A stretch of 64,000 nt of DNA. Source: Paramoeba atlantica. Lineage: Eukaryota; Protista; Discosea. Numbering within the stretch: the stretch's first letter is position 1; every line of letters starts with the position of its first letter. The position numbers and the translations under genes were made by a program. The stretch covers positions 62,001 to 126,000 of the forward strand of contig CDRNVI010000049.1 of assembly GCA_977017575.1 (NCBI GenBank). Reading direction: 5' to 3'. The notes under the pieces are model-generated. The model saw only the letters and a list, made by a program, of their open reading frames with translations. It was not told the DNA's origin and ran no database searches. Below, piece after piece: positions 33,501-43,695 of this stretch.

Positions 33501-36111
33501 CAAGTCACCGATTCAAGAGCTCACATCTGACTTTGTCCTGCGCCTTGCCTTTGCCACCCCTTCCCACCTCACCCCGATTCCTCGCATCGTGGGAGGATTC
33601 CCCCCGGGCCTGCGGGAGGACTTGGTCAAGCACCGGGCCTACTTCGACGCGATCGCACGAAAATGTCCTTCCCTGTTTCAATATTTAGATCAATCTCCGG
33701 TGGATGATAAGGCAGACGGAAAGAGCGACAATGTGCGAGTAGGAAACGCGTCTACAGGGCTTGTGCGAAGTTTCGTACATGACCTCGCGGCATCTCCAGG
33801 CTCATCTTCCCAACCAACTCCCAAGGAACGCGAGGGAGAGGAATCTGTTCTTCTGCGGCTGCTCATCAACGTGGTACGGGAACTCAGCGGCCGTGCCGGG
33901 GGCTGTGCCGTCGAGGACATCTCACTGGCTCTAAGCCCTGAGGAGCTGAATCGCATGCCACAGAAGGACGTGGAGGGTATGCTCACCGCCCACCCCGATA
34001 TTTTTGAGATCAGCGACGACGGGTCGCTGGTCTCTGTGCGAGCAGAAAAAGAACGCCTGCGTACGCTGTTCTCCTCCAGGAATGAGAAGCGGTCGAGGGG
34101 TCGTAGGAACCGCCATGGGGTCATGGTGCAAATCGACACCCATCGGGGCAGAAAACGCCGCACGGTGGCTCAAATGGTCACCCTCTCCGATGAGCTCCCC
34201 GAGGGGGGCATGTCCGAGGCCGAGATCACCGCCGCCGCCCAATCCTTCGCCGCCTCCCACCCCACCCTCGTCCACGACCTCCACGAGCAACTCCTCAGCA
34301 CCCATCACCCCCTCTCCCGGGACCAAATCACCGCCCTCCTCTTCTACACCACCGACGCCTCCCTGAGCTGGAAACGGGAAAAACGTCTCCTCGAGCGCAT
34401 CCGCTCCCTCAACACCACCACCAACACCTACAACGACGAGCGCTCCCTGATCCAACACATCGTCGACAGCCTCCCCGCCATCGGGGAGGTCAAAGTCAGC
34501 ACCCTGGTCCACGCCCTGCTCGACCACGCCGCCCTCCAGGTCCTCCCCCCCTCCCTGCGGGACCTCTTCGACGCCTACCACGACCTCCTGGCCTACCGCG
34601 TCGACGACACCGGCATGTGGGTCAGCCGGCCTCAACAAACCCAGGGGGTCCTCCCCGAGGGCCACACCAGTGCCTACCAGCGGGAGGACCCCAGCCGGGC
34701 CCGCAGACACCACGCCCGGGTCGCCACGAGCACCGCGACGGCCGCGCTCGACCCCATGGCCTTCCCCTTCCCCCTGCCGCGGGTGGGGGATGAGGAAAAG
34801 GTCCTGGCGTTCGCGATCCCCCCGTTCTCGATGCTCGGGGATGAGGCGGTGAGGTTCCAGCTGCCGCAGACGCTGCGGTACCTGGGGCAGGAGGGGCTGG
34901 TGCGACGGTACAGGGGGGTGCTGGAGACGATGCCGGGGAAGAAGGTACGGTGGCCGTACGTGTGTCGGCGCACGGAGGTGGAGATGGAGGGGGGGGGCGC
35001 AGAGGAGGCGGAACAGGGTCAAAAAGAGTTTCGAAAAGGAGAGAGCCCCGTGGATAAACAAGTGGAACGACGGTGGGTGACCCAGATGATACGGTTGTTG
35101 CCGAAGGAGGGGAAACCACGGCGGCTGGAGGAGATTCGGGGACGGGTACAGCCGGATTTAAGGGCACAGGTCCCGGAGAGTGCGGAGGTGGGGATTTTAC
35201 AGCGCTACCCGAGCTATGTCAATGTGGAGGTGACGAATCTGGGTGGGGGAGGGGGGCGAAATTTTTTGGGCAGCCCCGAGAGGAGGGAGAGCTCAAATGC
35301 AGGAATAACAAAGGAGATGGCCCCAAGCGACCCGTCGTGTATTGTTCGTTTGCGGCGGTCGTTTCGGTTGGTCGCGTTAGGGGAGGCCCGGAGGAATTGG
35401 GCTGTGGTGATGTACGCCCTGGTCGCGCTGAATGTGAAACATGTGCAACACAACGAGGCACGGAAGTCCGAAAGGGACATTCCCGCAGAGAAAAATGCAC
35501 TCGAAAAAGTGTACGTGCCTGAGGTCACGTTTGAGGAGTTCTACACTAACACACTGCCACCGAACATGAAGCAGGTACTTCGACGGGAGGAGATATTGGA
35601 TCTGTTGGAGCGATGTGTGTACGTGGAGCTGTGTGACGCTTCGGGTTCGGGTCCCGCGGACGTGCAGAAGCGTTTGCCCGCCGTCATCGGGTCGCGCTCC
35701 ATGGCAGGGAGTAATAAAGTCATCCGGGAACGTGCGTGCTATGGAGCGAGAATGAATAATGAAGCAGGAGACGGCACGGAGGCCGCCGATGGGGAAAAGG
35801 TACCCGGGGCTCCCCAACGTGTAGACGAGGTGGCGCTTACGGAGGCAGTTGAGGCGGTGCGGAAGCTTACCTTCAACGATACCACCGGTAAAATTTTTGC
35901 AGATCTTTCCATGGTGGGGAATCTCCTCCACCCTTCCCACTTGCTTATGATACGTTCCTTGCATGAGACGTCGGCGAAGTTTTTCGTTTCCTATCCGGAT
36001 GTATTCGAAGTGCATAAAATCAGAACGGGGATACACGGCGTCCGTCTGATTGATCCTAAAAATCTTGACTCCCGACGCGGCCTGCGCTCGAATCAGGCTT
36101 CTACGATATGA
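30547..36111 (+). CDS. 1854-aa hypothetical protein with repeated OST-HTH/LOTUS-like winged-helix motifs; start uncertain
   Basis: Long uninterrupted ORF; recurrent motifs GSLLEFLQKHEKFFVL, SFGDFLKRYFPHLMSV, VEGMLTAHPDIFEI, SLRDLFDAYHDLL, SAKFFVSYPDVFEV. Confidence 0.8.
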   Translation: MPPKSAYALRARIWSPGKVFSESNSLVVSRLTSGCFTFSMRNIKDAIRRGEQTKNEFSVLVSEKIVLFSFPPEHHFVPAEYSSHSPCPQKRPTATPTRPLSPIPSSSPHPPPHHPRNSYLFSQTRSYATTPTASHLSSNPHSTSISISSNSSSSSIPSKSSSSSPSTSRTATDPSHPCHFALHKISWHVMTGKTKCFVDSLLPHAPHLLTPQETQQIERDYGSLLEFLQKHEKFFVLKQEAAGEGEKGGTAHTTTTTTTTTEETSCGGNERKGRRLPSNLSFIHFAQLPSTQKEHRGSNGTKESEKPQPAQRWVVTHRVTRELLGHLQHAAVSTLMARGGGKTPLNVSVLAGYMPREVRSFATGCGCPSFGDFLKRYFPHLMSVHVSAVKTMITVDLAKSCVCPFRGKAEVPSLEMMRRNFVLSMSESERGERLAKSVNRETQKIEHESRVLKTAHGKNYVPVLGVVADLIYEVLPEDGTQIDMDLEIKPQLPVTYKMIPQLGKKLASCEFPKLSISLNDGRYHFGRRMNKDNSLIKDKNGKAFPMVDILTSTSVKCNLDDASVVTLPSSAISNLVDQMVPLLPSDGSEVRIDDPMFKDIFGVGAPILGLSKKIFKLNHKKIYTRYIGTQYYVKLRPEAVDQDLANERKALDIAFWNAGLYLERSPLPMETHQAFRTLRDALPADGTALELEEAKALLPHLAPCWPAGMAKKLNAEKGIKVTQDAANGLHYVARSDVYDGSESLLQSVVSSLNEPKVSSSPDTMKGLTPDYTGLNLDLTGAFEKLWNIVPTTWVGTDYLMPYLKGTFADLSSRRILLRIAVEFSDYFEFSVGHAKMNLLLREERFDMYKVPFEPVIRRRVRISPDAIPVSVLLSSTSGEKPSKEPELGVSSEPDFAEECGEPIRNTKPRKKEKSFPKVEKSNSLEPEDKDTHSTPPSVLPKEGEKSASAKASATDDSTVDKEAEEEEDEEEDVDLDEYVFPEFSRKSPIQELTSDFVLRLAFATPSHLTPIPRIVGGFPPGLREDLVKHRAYFDAIARKCPSLFQYLDQSPVDDKADGKSDNVRVGNASTGLVRSFVHDLAASPGSSSQPTPKEREGEESVLLRLLINVVRELSGRAGGCAVEDISLALSPEELNRMPQKDVEGMLTAHPDIFEISDDGSLVSVRAEKERLRTLFSSRNEKRSRGRRNRHGVMVQIDTHRGRKRRTVAQMVTLSDELPEGGMSEAEITAAAQSFAASHPTLVHDLHEQLLSTHHPLSRDQITALLFYTTDASLSWKREKRLLERIRSLNTTTNTYNDERSLIQHIVDSLPAIGEVKVSTLVHALLDHAALQVLPPSLRDLFDAYHDLLAYRVDDTGMWVSRPQQTQGVLPEGHTSAYQREDPSRARRHHARVATSTATAALDPMAFPFPLPRVGDEEKVLAFAIPPFSMLGDEAVRFQLPQTLRYLGQEGLVRRYRGVLETMPGKKVRWPYVCRRTEVEMEGGGAEEAEQGQKEFRKGESPVDKQVERRWVTQMIRLLPKEGKPRRLEEIRGRVQPDLRAQVPESAEVGILQRYPSYVNVEVTNLGGGGGRNFLGSPERRESSNAGITKEMAPSDPSCIVRLRRSFRLVALGEARRNWAVVMYALVALNVKHVQHNEARKSERDIPAEKNALEKVYVPEVTFEEFYTNTLPPNMKQVLRREEILDLLERCVYVELCDASGSGPADVQKRLPAVIGSRSMAGSNKVIRERACYGARMNNEAGDGTEAADGEKVPGAPQRVDEVALTEAVEAVRKLTFNDTTGKIFADLSMVGNLLHPSHLLMIRSLHETSAKFFVSYPDVFEVHKIRTGIHGVRLIDPKNLDSRRGLRSNQASTI

Positions 36112-37406
36112 CGATCGGGGCTTCAAAGTGGTATGTCCTATAGCGAACGAGCCTCTTAAAAAATGGTTGATGCCATCTTAATATGTGATTGCACTATTTT
36201 ATATAAACAACGTTTAACCGCATTAATGTTTAGAAGTTTTGGGTGGTATGCCTTTTATAGGTGCACAGTTTAAAACAAAGGTGATTCTGTGCATCTGTTT
36301 ACATGGGTGTCCATTTCACTGCTTCGCAGTAGAAGACCTAAAAAACTTTTTATTTTCCCCACATTTCTTTGAATGAACACTAAAGACATTCCTTCGGGGG
36401 AGGTTATCGAGCCATCGGAAAATAGGGCACCCACGATAAGTGCTCAGAAGGCACGAAAGATTGCACGAATATTTGATGAGTATCTTGGTTTTCTGATTGC
36501 ACGTTTCAAGCAGAATCCTCAGCAAGAAAATTCGGAGGTTTTTGTCCTACGAACCTTGCACGAGTGGTCTTCCAAAAAGTTGGAATCTTCTAGGAAAAAT
36601 GTGCAACTGAAATCTATTCCTTAGCGTTTGCTCATACGTTTTCGTTTTTATATGGCTCCGGGAAAACTTGTTTGGCCTGTTCTATTGACGTATATCACGT
36701 GTTTTCCTGTGGGTAGATTTCCACTCTTTTGTACATTCAACCCCCCGATTCGAATACATGTACTTTGTATTCAAACCGCACGTTAAACATTTCGTTGAAT
36801 TCTGCACAAAAAATGTTGATAATCTATTCGAGATCGCTTTTAGTTTCTGGCACCGCACCTGCATCAATGCGAATCCGCCTAAAAATGTGAAACGTCGCAT
36901 TACCGACGGGAAATAGTTTCTACTGGAAACACTTCAGTCTCCAAACACATGTTTGGAGAAGTCTTTGAGAGAAACAATTCTTTCTTTTTCTTTCTTTGTA
37001 CTTTGTTTCAACCAAGAAGTTTTTAATGTTGTTTAAAAAAATGCTTTTTTCATCTTCTGTTTTGTTAAATTCTATAAAAATCTTCCTACTACATATTTAA
37101 AATGAAAATGCAACGTCCCGTAAAAATACACAATACACTTCGAACCATATAACAAAACCAAACCCCATACCATTCCCACCATAACACTCATCTCCCTACA
37201 CCTTTCCATTCATACCCAACACCTATATTATTATACCCTTCACCTTTCCATTCCCACCCAACCTCACCTCTACCCCTATCACCTTTTTCTCCTTATTATT
37301 ATTTAATTTATATTATTATTAATTATAGGAATAATTAAAATTTATTTAATTTTTATTTCCTTATCCACCCTATCTCCTTTTTCTCTTTTTCCCTCTCTCT
37401 CCCCCC

Positions 37407-38180
37407 ATGGGTAAAGTCGTCCTCGCGCAGCGCCGCGGCAAGGGGTCCGTCTTCACCTCCCACACCCACAAGCGCAAAGGGGCCGCGAAGCTCCGCAAGC
37501 TCGACTACCACGAGCGCAAAGGGTACCTCCGCGGGGTCGTGCGGGAGCTGCTCCACGACCCGGGCCGCGGGGCGCCTCTCGCGCGGGTCGAGTTCCGGCA
37601 CCCCTACCGCCTGCGGCGGGTCTCGGAGCTCATGGTCGCGACCGAGGGGATGTACACGGGGCAGTTCGTGTACTGCGGCCGCAAGGCGGACCTCGCGGTG
37701 GGGAACACCCTGCCGCTGGCCGCGATGCCCGAGGGGTGTGTGGTGTGCAGCGTGGAGAGTAAGCCCGGGGACCGGGGGAACCTGGTGAAGGCGAGCGGGA
37801 ACTACGCCCTGGTGATCTCCCATAACCCGGAGACGGGGCGTACGCGGCTGAAGCTGCCGTCGGGGCAGAAGAAGAGTGTGGTGAGTGCGTGTCGCGCGAC
37901 GGTGGGGATTGTCGCGGGTGGGGGGAGGGTGGAGAAGCCCGTGTTGAAGGCGGGGAACTCGCATTGGCGGTTCCGCGGGAAGCGGAATAACTGGCCAAGA
38001 GTGCGGGGTGTTGCGCGAAACCCCGTGGAACATCCTCATGGAGGAGGGAACCATCAGCACATTGGTCACCCCAGCACGGTGTCTCGACACTGTCCCCCGG
38101 GGCAGAAGATTGGGCTGATTGCGGCCCGACGGACGGGGCGGATGCGAGGGGGGAAGAAAGATGTGCGAAAGGAGGAGTAA
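37407..38180 (+). CDS. RPL8: 60S ribosomal protein L8 (uL2)
   Basis: [51 protein letters not shown]. Confidence 0.99.
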   Translation: MGKVVLAQRRGKGSVFTSHTHKRKGAAKLRKLDYHERKGYLRGVVRELLHDPGRGAPLARVEFRHPYRLRRVSELMVATEGMYTGQFVYCGRKADLAVGNTLPLAAMPEGCVVCSVESKPGDRGNLVKASGNYALVISHNPETGRTRLKLPSGQKKSVVSACRATVGIVAGGGRVEKPVLKAGNSHWRFRGKRNNWPRVRGVARNPVEHPHGGGNHQHIGHPSTVSRHCPPGQKIGLIAARRTGRMRGGKKDVRKEE

Positions 38181-38486
38181 GGGAAGTTTTGTTCTTGTTT
38201 TTGTTTGATTCAAAGAAAGAGTGAAGAAGGAAGTGTAAAAGGGGTTTGAGAAGATTAATGTGCTATCTAGATAATCATGTATGGAGAAAAGAGGTGTGAA
38301 AGAAAGAATATGAAAAGAGTGTATTTCCTGTTCTTATCTGAAAATGCATAATATCTGAAAATGCAATTATGATTCATTGCGAAATACTTTTTTACGTTAT
38401 GTTGTCTAAGAACGACAGAACCTTCTCTAATCAGCTTCCTTACTTTTATTTTCTCTCTCCCTTATATACGTTTTCTCCTCTCATTC

Positions 38487-39122
38487 ATGGGCCCTATTAG
38501 TAAAACCAAAAAGTTCGTCGCCGACGGTGTTTTTTACTGCGAACTCGATGAATTCCTCCAGCGCCACCTCGCGGAGTACGGCTACTGCGGCGTGGAGCAT
38601 CGTGTCACCCCCCAGCGCACCGACCTCTACATTCGTGTCACAAAGGCACGCGAGGTCATGGGGCCGAAGAACGTCCGGCTGCGTCAGCTTACCGCTCTCG
38701 TCCAGCAGCGGTTTAACTTCCCCGAGGGCGGGGTCGCGCTGTTCACCGACCGGGTCGTTCGCCGCGGCATCAGTGCCGCGGCAATGGCCGAGTCCCTGCG
38801 GTACAAACTCCTCGGGCAGGTCGCCGTCCGCAAGGCGTGCTACAACACCCTGCGGTTTGCCATGGAGAGTGGTGCCCAGGGGATTGAGATCGTGGTGAAG
38901 GGAAAGGTCCGACAACAGCGTGCAAAGTCGATGAAGTTCCGCCAGGGGTACATGATCAAGAGCGGGGACGCCACGGGGTCATTTGTGGATAGTATCAAAC
39001 GGTCGGTGTTGCTACGGCAGGGGATTATGGGCATTAAGCTGTCGATCATGTTGCCCGCAGGGGAGCCTGGTGTAAAGGCACAGCCTGATAAGTTTGAGAT
39101 TCCGGAACCTAAGGTTGTGTGA
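38487..39122 (+). CDS. RPS3: 40S ribosomal protein S3 (uS3)
   Basis: [46 protein letters not shown]. Confidence 0.98.
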   Translation: MGPISKTKKFVADGVFYCELDEFLQRHLAEYGYCGVEHRVTPQRTDLYIRVTKAREVMGPKNVRLRQLTALVQQRFNFPEGGVALFTDRVVRRGISAAAMAESLRYKLLGQVAVRKACYNTLRFAMESGAQGIEIVVKGKVRQQRAKSMKFRQGYMIKSGDATGSFVDSIKRSVLLRQGIMGIKLSIMLPAGEPGVKAQPDKFEIPEPKVV

Positions 39123-39386
39123 GTGGAGAATTCGAAGTCAGGAAAGGGTCCAGCGAAAGTAGGAAAGAGGTTTAAGCGGAAAATGAATGAATAGCAAAAA
39201 AGTTGAATGTTTAATACAAGGACCGTTCAGTCATTTGTATTTTAGATCAAAATCATTCGTCAACTTTAGAAAATGTTTTTCATTTATTATGTTTTTATTT
39301 AGGATATTAAAAAAAATCTCCCTATCCCACCAATCTCATCCGAAAACAAAATCTTTTCCTTTTTTCCCTATCCCACTCTGTCTATC

Positions 39387-41036
39387 ATGATGAAACGCGC
39401 ATCTTCTCTCCACCCCCTCCGCCTCTCCTCCCCCTCCCTCCCCTTCCTCCTCTCCCTACGGCACCAATCCCGCCGTGGACCCCCGGGAGGTCCCCTCGGC
39501 GGCTCACCCCCTCCCTTCGGCATGGGTTCCGACCCCCGCGGTCCCCCTCCCCCCGGCTACCCCGGCCATCCCCAACCCGGCTACCCCCCCGCCGGAGCTA
39601 TGGGCTACCCCCCTGACCCCCGCATGATGCCACCCCATGGAGGGCCAGGCGGCCGCCCCCCCATGCCCCCTCCAGGAGCCCCCTCCGGAAACCTTGACCC
39701 CGGTTATGGCTACCCCAGTAGCACTCCACCTCACCCAGGAGCCATGTCTCGAGGAGGAGGCATGTCTTCCTCATCCGTGCCTCCACAATTTCAACAACAT
39801 CAACAACAACAACCTCCTCAATTTCAACAACAACAACAAGCACCATCTCAATTTCAATCCTCACCATCTCAATTTCAACAACCCCAACAACAGCAACCCT
39901 CCCCGCCCCCCTCCCCCCCTCCCCGTCCCTCTCCCCCCCACTTCCTCTCCCTCGAGAACGTCCCCGAGGATAAGGCCACGTCCCCCATGGGGAACGGCAT
40001 CGTCACCCTCTCCCTCGCTCGGGGCAAACAAAACAATGCGCTCCACCTCGAGACCCTACAGGAACTCACCGCCTGGATACACTACCTGGGGAACCACGAC
40101 CAGGTGAGGGGAGTCGTGCTGACCGGAAAAGGAACACCGGGGGGGTTAAGCGCGTCAAAGGAATCAACGAAGGCGTCAAAGGAATCAACAAACGATTCAA
40201 AGAGTGACTCAAAAGACTCAAAAGATGCTTTAAAGGACTCAACCGATGCTTTAAAGGACTCAACCGATGCTGTAAAGGAATCAACAGATGCTTTAAAGGA
40301 ACCAACCGATTCTTTAAAGGAACCAACAGGTTCTTTAAAGGACTCAACAAACTCTTCAACGGTTCTCCCCACGCTTTGTTTCAGCACAGGTCTGGACCTT
40401 GCGGAGTTCATCGCGCCCAACAAGGAGCGCTTCGAGGCCTACTGGGGACTCGTGCAGGAGACCTGGATGCTGTTGACCTCATTTCCCAAGGTCCTGGTGG
40501 CCGCGGTGGTGGGGGAGGCCAGGGGTGGGGGGTGTTTGCTGGCCATGACCGCGGACTACCGCGTGATGGTGAAGCCACAAGCGGGGAGTGGGGGGGAGAA
40601 GAAGGGTAAAGAAAACTCCCCGGTGATTGGCCTGGATGATGTCTCTCGTGGTCTTACGGTGCCTCCGTGGTTGATTGGGCATTTGGCGTATTTGGTCGGG
40701 GGTCGACGTGCGGAGCGTATGGTGCAGCTGGGGGAGTGTCTGGGCGCACAGGAGGCGGCACAGGCGGGGTTGGTGGATGAGGTGTGTGAGGACGTGAAAA
40801 CCTGCCTCGCCCAGGCTCATGAGATGGCGCAAAAGCTGGCGGAGATGCCCGAGCAGGGGCGGTGGATGACGAAGGATATGGCGCGCCGGGAGTTGTTCCG
40901 GTTCCTCAGTGAGGAGGAGGACCGGAAGTATGATGTGGAGTTTTTTAGCAAGTTTGTGCAGCACCCGGAGGTGCAGAAGAATTTGGTCGCGTCAAAGCGG
41001 GAGGCAGAGGGAAAGTCCGCGGAGGGTGAAAAGTAG
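39387..41036 (+). CDS. ECI1: Enoyl-CoA delta isomerase (crotonase family) with Pro/Gln-rich N-terminus and a heptad-repeat insertion
   Basis: LSLARGKQNNAL, FSTGLDLAEF, GEARGGGCLLAMTADYRVM, IGLDDVSRGL, AAQAGLVDEV; N-terminus resembles a mitochondrial presequence. Confidence 0.85.
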   Translation: MMKRASSLHPLRLSSPSLPFLLSLRHQSRRGPPGGPLGGSPPPFGMGSDPRGPPPPGYPGHPQPGYPPAGAMGYPPDPRMMPPHGGPGGRPPMPPPGAPSGNLDPGYGYPSSTPPHPGAMSRGGGMSSSSVPPQFQQHQQQQPPQFQQQQQAPSQFQSSPSQFQQPQQQQPSPPPSPPPRPSPPHFLSLENVPEDKATSPMGNGIVTLSLARGKQNNALHLETLQELTAWIHYLGNHDQVRGVVLTGKGTPGGLSASKESTKASKESTNDSKSDSKDSKDALKDSTDALKDSTDAVKESTDALKEPTDSLKEPTGSLKDSTNSSTVLPTLCFSTGLDLAEFIAPNKERFEAYWGLVQETWMLLTSFPKVLVAAVVGEARGGGCLLAMTADYRVMVKPQAGSGGEKKGKENSPVIGLDDVSRGLTVPPWLIGHLAYLVGGRRAERMVQLGECLGAQEAAQAGLVDEVCEDVKTCLAQAHEMAQKLAEMPEQGRWMTKDMARRELFRFLSEEEDRKYDVEFFSKFVQHPEVQKNLVASKREAEGKSAEGEK

Positions 41037-41450
41037 TGCGGAAGAAGCTGTCCATGTTTTAGCGAGCGAGGTGTTGATGGCGATAATTATTTTTAATGAA
41101 AACGAATGGATCCTGTAGGCGACGATGGTAGGCTTCGTGTAATTTTTTTTGTGTGTGGCATAAAATTCTTTTCTACCGCACTTATTACACAACTTTTGTT
41201 TGTTGCATGTTAATTTTCCTTTGATAAGTAAGAACAAATCAATACCTTTGTATGCATCGATACCTTTTTTACGTATTGATCTGTGCCGTCTGATAACGGT
41301 CTTTGTCCCGGACAGTACTATTGATGCGAAATTCAAATTGCATTGAAAAATATCAGTAAATACCCGCAATATCGTTATTTTTTGATGAGCTAGTCGATCA
41401 TAGGAATACATCACGCTACTATTTCCGTTTATGTCCGATTTCTACTAAAC

Positions 41451-42227
41451 ATGTCAAAAAAGAAGCATGCACGCAGAAAGGAAAGGGTCGTGAATGAGAG
41501 CTCTGATCAAACTACCCGCCAAAGCAATGACGAGGAACAGACAAACGATTTATCGGCCGTTGAACAAAATCTAAGAAAAATAAGTTTGGCTAATCAGCCT
41601 TTGCAAGAGAATGAGCCTCACAAACCCTGCGTTCTTTCCGAGCTCTACACCGTCCCGCACCGACTCCCTGAGGTAAGTTACTATTTCACGCAGTACAGCG
41701 GCCGTGAAGAGGAGCTCGATGCCATTATGCAGCTCATGGCAAGTGATCTCAGTGAACCCTACAGCATTTTTACCTATCGCTACTTTCTAAACACCTGGCC
41801 CGATCTTTGTGTGCTGTGCAAGTTGCAGCAACAGAATCCCTCGAAAGGGACAGCGAAGTCGAGTTCTACGGGAGAGAACGTCCCAGAATCTGGAACTAGC
41901 CTCTCGGATGCAAGCGAGGATCCTATCATTGGATGTATTATTAACAAAGTAGACCGAAAAAGTCAGGCACATCCTCTGCGGGGATATATTGCCATGCTTG
42001 CGGTGGAGAAGAAATACCGAAAATGTGGCATCGGGTCCGAACTTGTGTGCGCAGCGGTTGATTTAATGAAACAGACAAAATGCGAGTGGGTGTATTTGGA
42101 GACTCCAATTGAGAACAACGGAGCGCTGCGTCTGTACGAGAATCTCTCCTTTGCCAGAGACAAACGATTGGCGAAATATTATCTTTCCGGGAGTGACGCC
42201 TTCCGTCTTAAGCTTTGGCTTTCCTAA
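41451..42227 (+). CDS. NAA30: NatC catalytic N-acetyltransferase (Mak3/NAA30)
   Basis: DLSEPYSIFTYRYF, RGYIAMLAVEKKYRKCGIG, LYENLSFARDKRLAKYYLSGSDAFRLKLWL. Confidence 0.95.
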   Translation: MSKKKHARRKERVVNESSDQTTRQSNDEEQTNDLSAVEQNLRKISLANQPLQENEPHKPCVLSELYTVPHRLPEVSYYFTQYSGREEELDAIMQLMASDLSEPYSIFTYRYFLNTWPDLCVLCKLQQQNPSKGTAKSSSTGENVPESGTSLSDASEDPIIGCIINKVDRKSQAHPLRGYIAMLAVEKKYRKCGIGSELVCAAVDLMKQTKCEWVYLETPIENNGALRLYENLSFARDKRLAKYYLSGSDAFRLKLWLS

Positions 42228-42479
42228 ATCGCGTGCGTTTGAATGGGTCGTACGATAAAAGAAATGGCAGCATCACTCACTTGTATTCATATTCGACGTT
42301 AATAAATCGACGTTAACGTTCTAAGGCTTATAGTCTGCCAGTAATGATATTTAGTTCTAACTACTAATCTCTTTTTGGGAATGCGTATATTTACACTTTT
42401 CAAACTCACAAGCAAGGGCACTAGCATCAGACTATTCTCTTCGAAACGTTTAATAAATGCATTTTTAAATGCAAAAAAA

Positions 42480-43121
42480 ATGCATTCAATTTTGCTGGAC
42501 ACAGCTGACTTGCCATCTCGCTCAGCGAAGGTGCGAGGAGCTAACTTGCCACAAGAATTCACTCTGTCACAGTTCATAAGCCACATTGAGACTTCCGAAG
42601 ATTCTTGGGGTTCTCACACTCCTGCATGCGAATGGTCTTTTGTTGTATGTAATTCAGAAAAGCAAGTAACCGATCTACGATGGGGCATTTCCTTTTTCAA
42701 GGGTCGGCACCCTACCCTAAAGGGCGAATTCTTGTGGAAATACTTACCCGACACACTGTTAGATTTCGACGCAAGGCGTCACTTATTGAAAGGTCCTGTA
42801 GAACTTCCTCTTTTACCTCCTCATTTGCAAGATTGTCGCCTGAGTTCAAATGCGTTTACCGGAACGTTAGATCTAACACAGCTACCATCCACACTTTGGC
42901 GCTTGTATTTGGATAGAAATAAGTTTGTAGGTAAGATTGACGTGTCACGCCTTCCAACATCGATCCAATATATCAACTTGAGTCACAATAAATTATGTGG
43001 GAAAGTGGAGCTTGTAAAACTCCCGAAGAGTTTATTAGAATTCGACATCTCTTTCAACCTTTTATCAGTGCCTAGTTTTATGTCCGGGGTCATCAAAAGT
43101 GGAGGCCAAAACGTTTCATGA
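42480..43121 (+). CDS. Leucine-rich repeat protein
   Basis: ACEWSFVVC cap, then LxxLxLxxNxFxGxLDLTxLP repeats; likely start MHSILL at 42480 (ORF is open from 42375). Confidence 0.85.
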   Translation: MHSILLDTADLPSRSAKVRGANLPQEFTLSQFISHIETSEDSWGSHTPACEWSFVVCNSEKQVTDLRWGISFFKGRHPTLKGEFLWKYLPDTLLDFDARRHLLKGPVELPLLPPHLQDCRLSSNAFTGTLDLTQLPSTLWRLYLDRNKFVGKIDVSRLPTSIQYINLSHNKLCGKVELVKLPKSLLEFDISFNLLSVPSFMSGVIKSGGQNVS

Positions 43122-43695
43122 TGATTAAACTACAATCATCGGTAGAAAACGAAGTGGGTAAAGGAAAAGTGTTTAAGGGGAAAGTTAAGCGTAACTCTAA
43201 CATACATGTAGTTAGGAAGAAGGATGAAGTTCAAGGGGCTATGATTTTTCGTGAAACACTATAAAATTTTCTAAATAGGCTCTTCGTTAAACGCAGTGGT
43301 TGTTTTCAACTTAGAAGTCACTCATGCTGCGCGCTTCGCGTTGAAAACTACCACCGCGTATAACGAAGAGCCTAAAAAAGAAAAATCTCCAGTATATCTT
43401 GAATAATCTAGTTTTTCGGGTGAAAAACCTCGATTTTTCGCCAAAAATTGCGAAATTTTAACCCGAATTTGGGCCGTTTTTGATGCCTTACCAGTAGGGG
43501 CAGGAGGCGACTCTGTCGGAAAAAACGTCGTAGAATGGTAGCTGGGGTCCCAAACTCCTAAAACACGTTTTAGGAGTCGATTTTGGAAAAATAATATTTT
43601 TGCTTTTTTTGGGTCAAAAAAAGATTTTTTTTGGTCATCCCAAACAATCAAGATTTTGAAGATTTCAAAAAACGACGTATGCCCCCCCCCCACTC

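Noticed and set aside
36373-36624. 83-codon + strand ORF between the 1854-aa gene and RPL8
   Set aside because: No recognisable motif or clear pyrimidine tract; it cannot be distinguished from a chance ORF without expression data.
27441-41036. Long antisense or alternate-frame ORFs (e.g. 27441..29450, 33931..35061, 37353..38213, 40479..40964)
   Set aside because: They are shadows of GC-rich, strongly biased sense genes (EF2, RPL8, ECI and others) and show no independent motifs.
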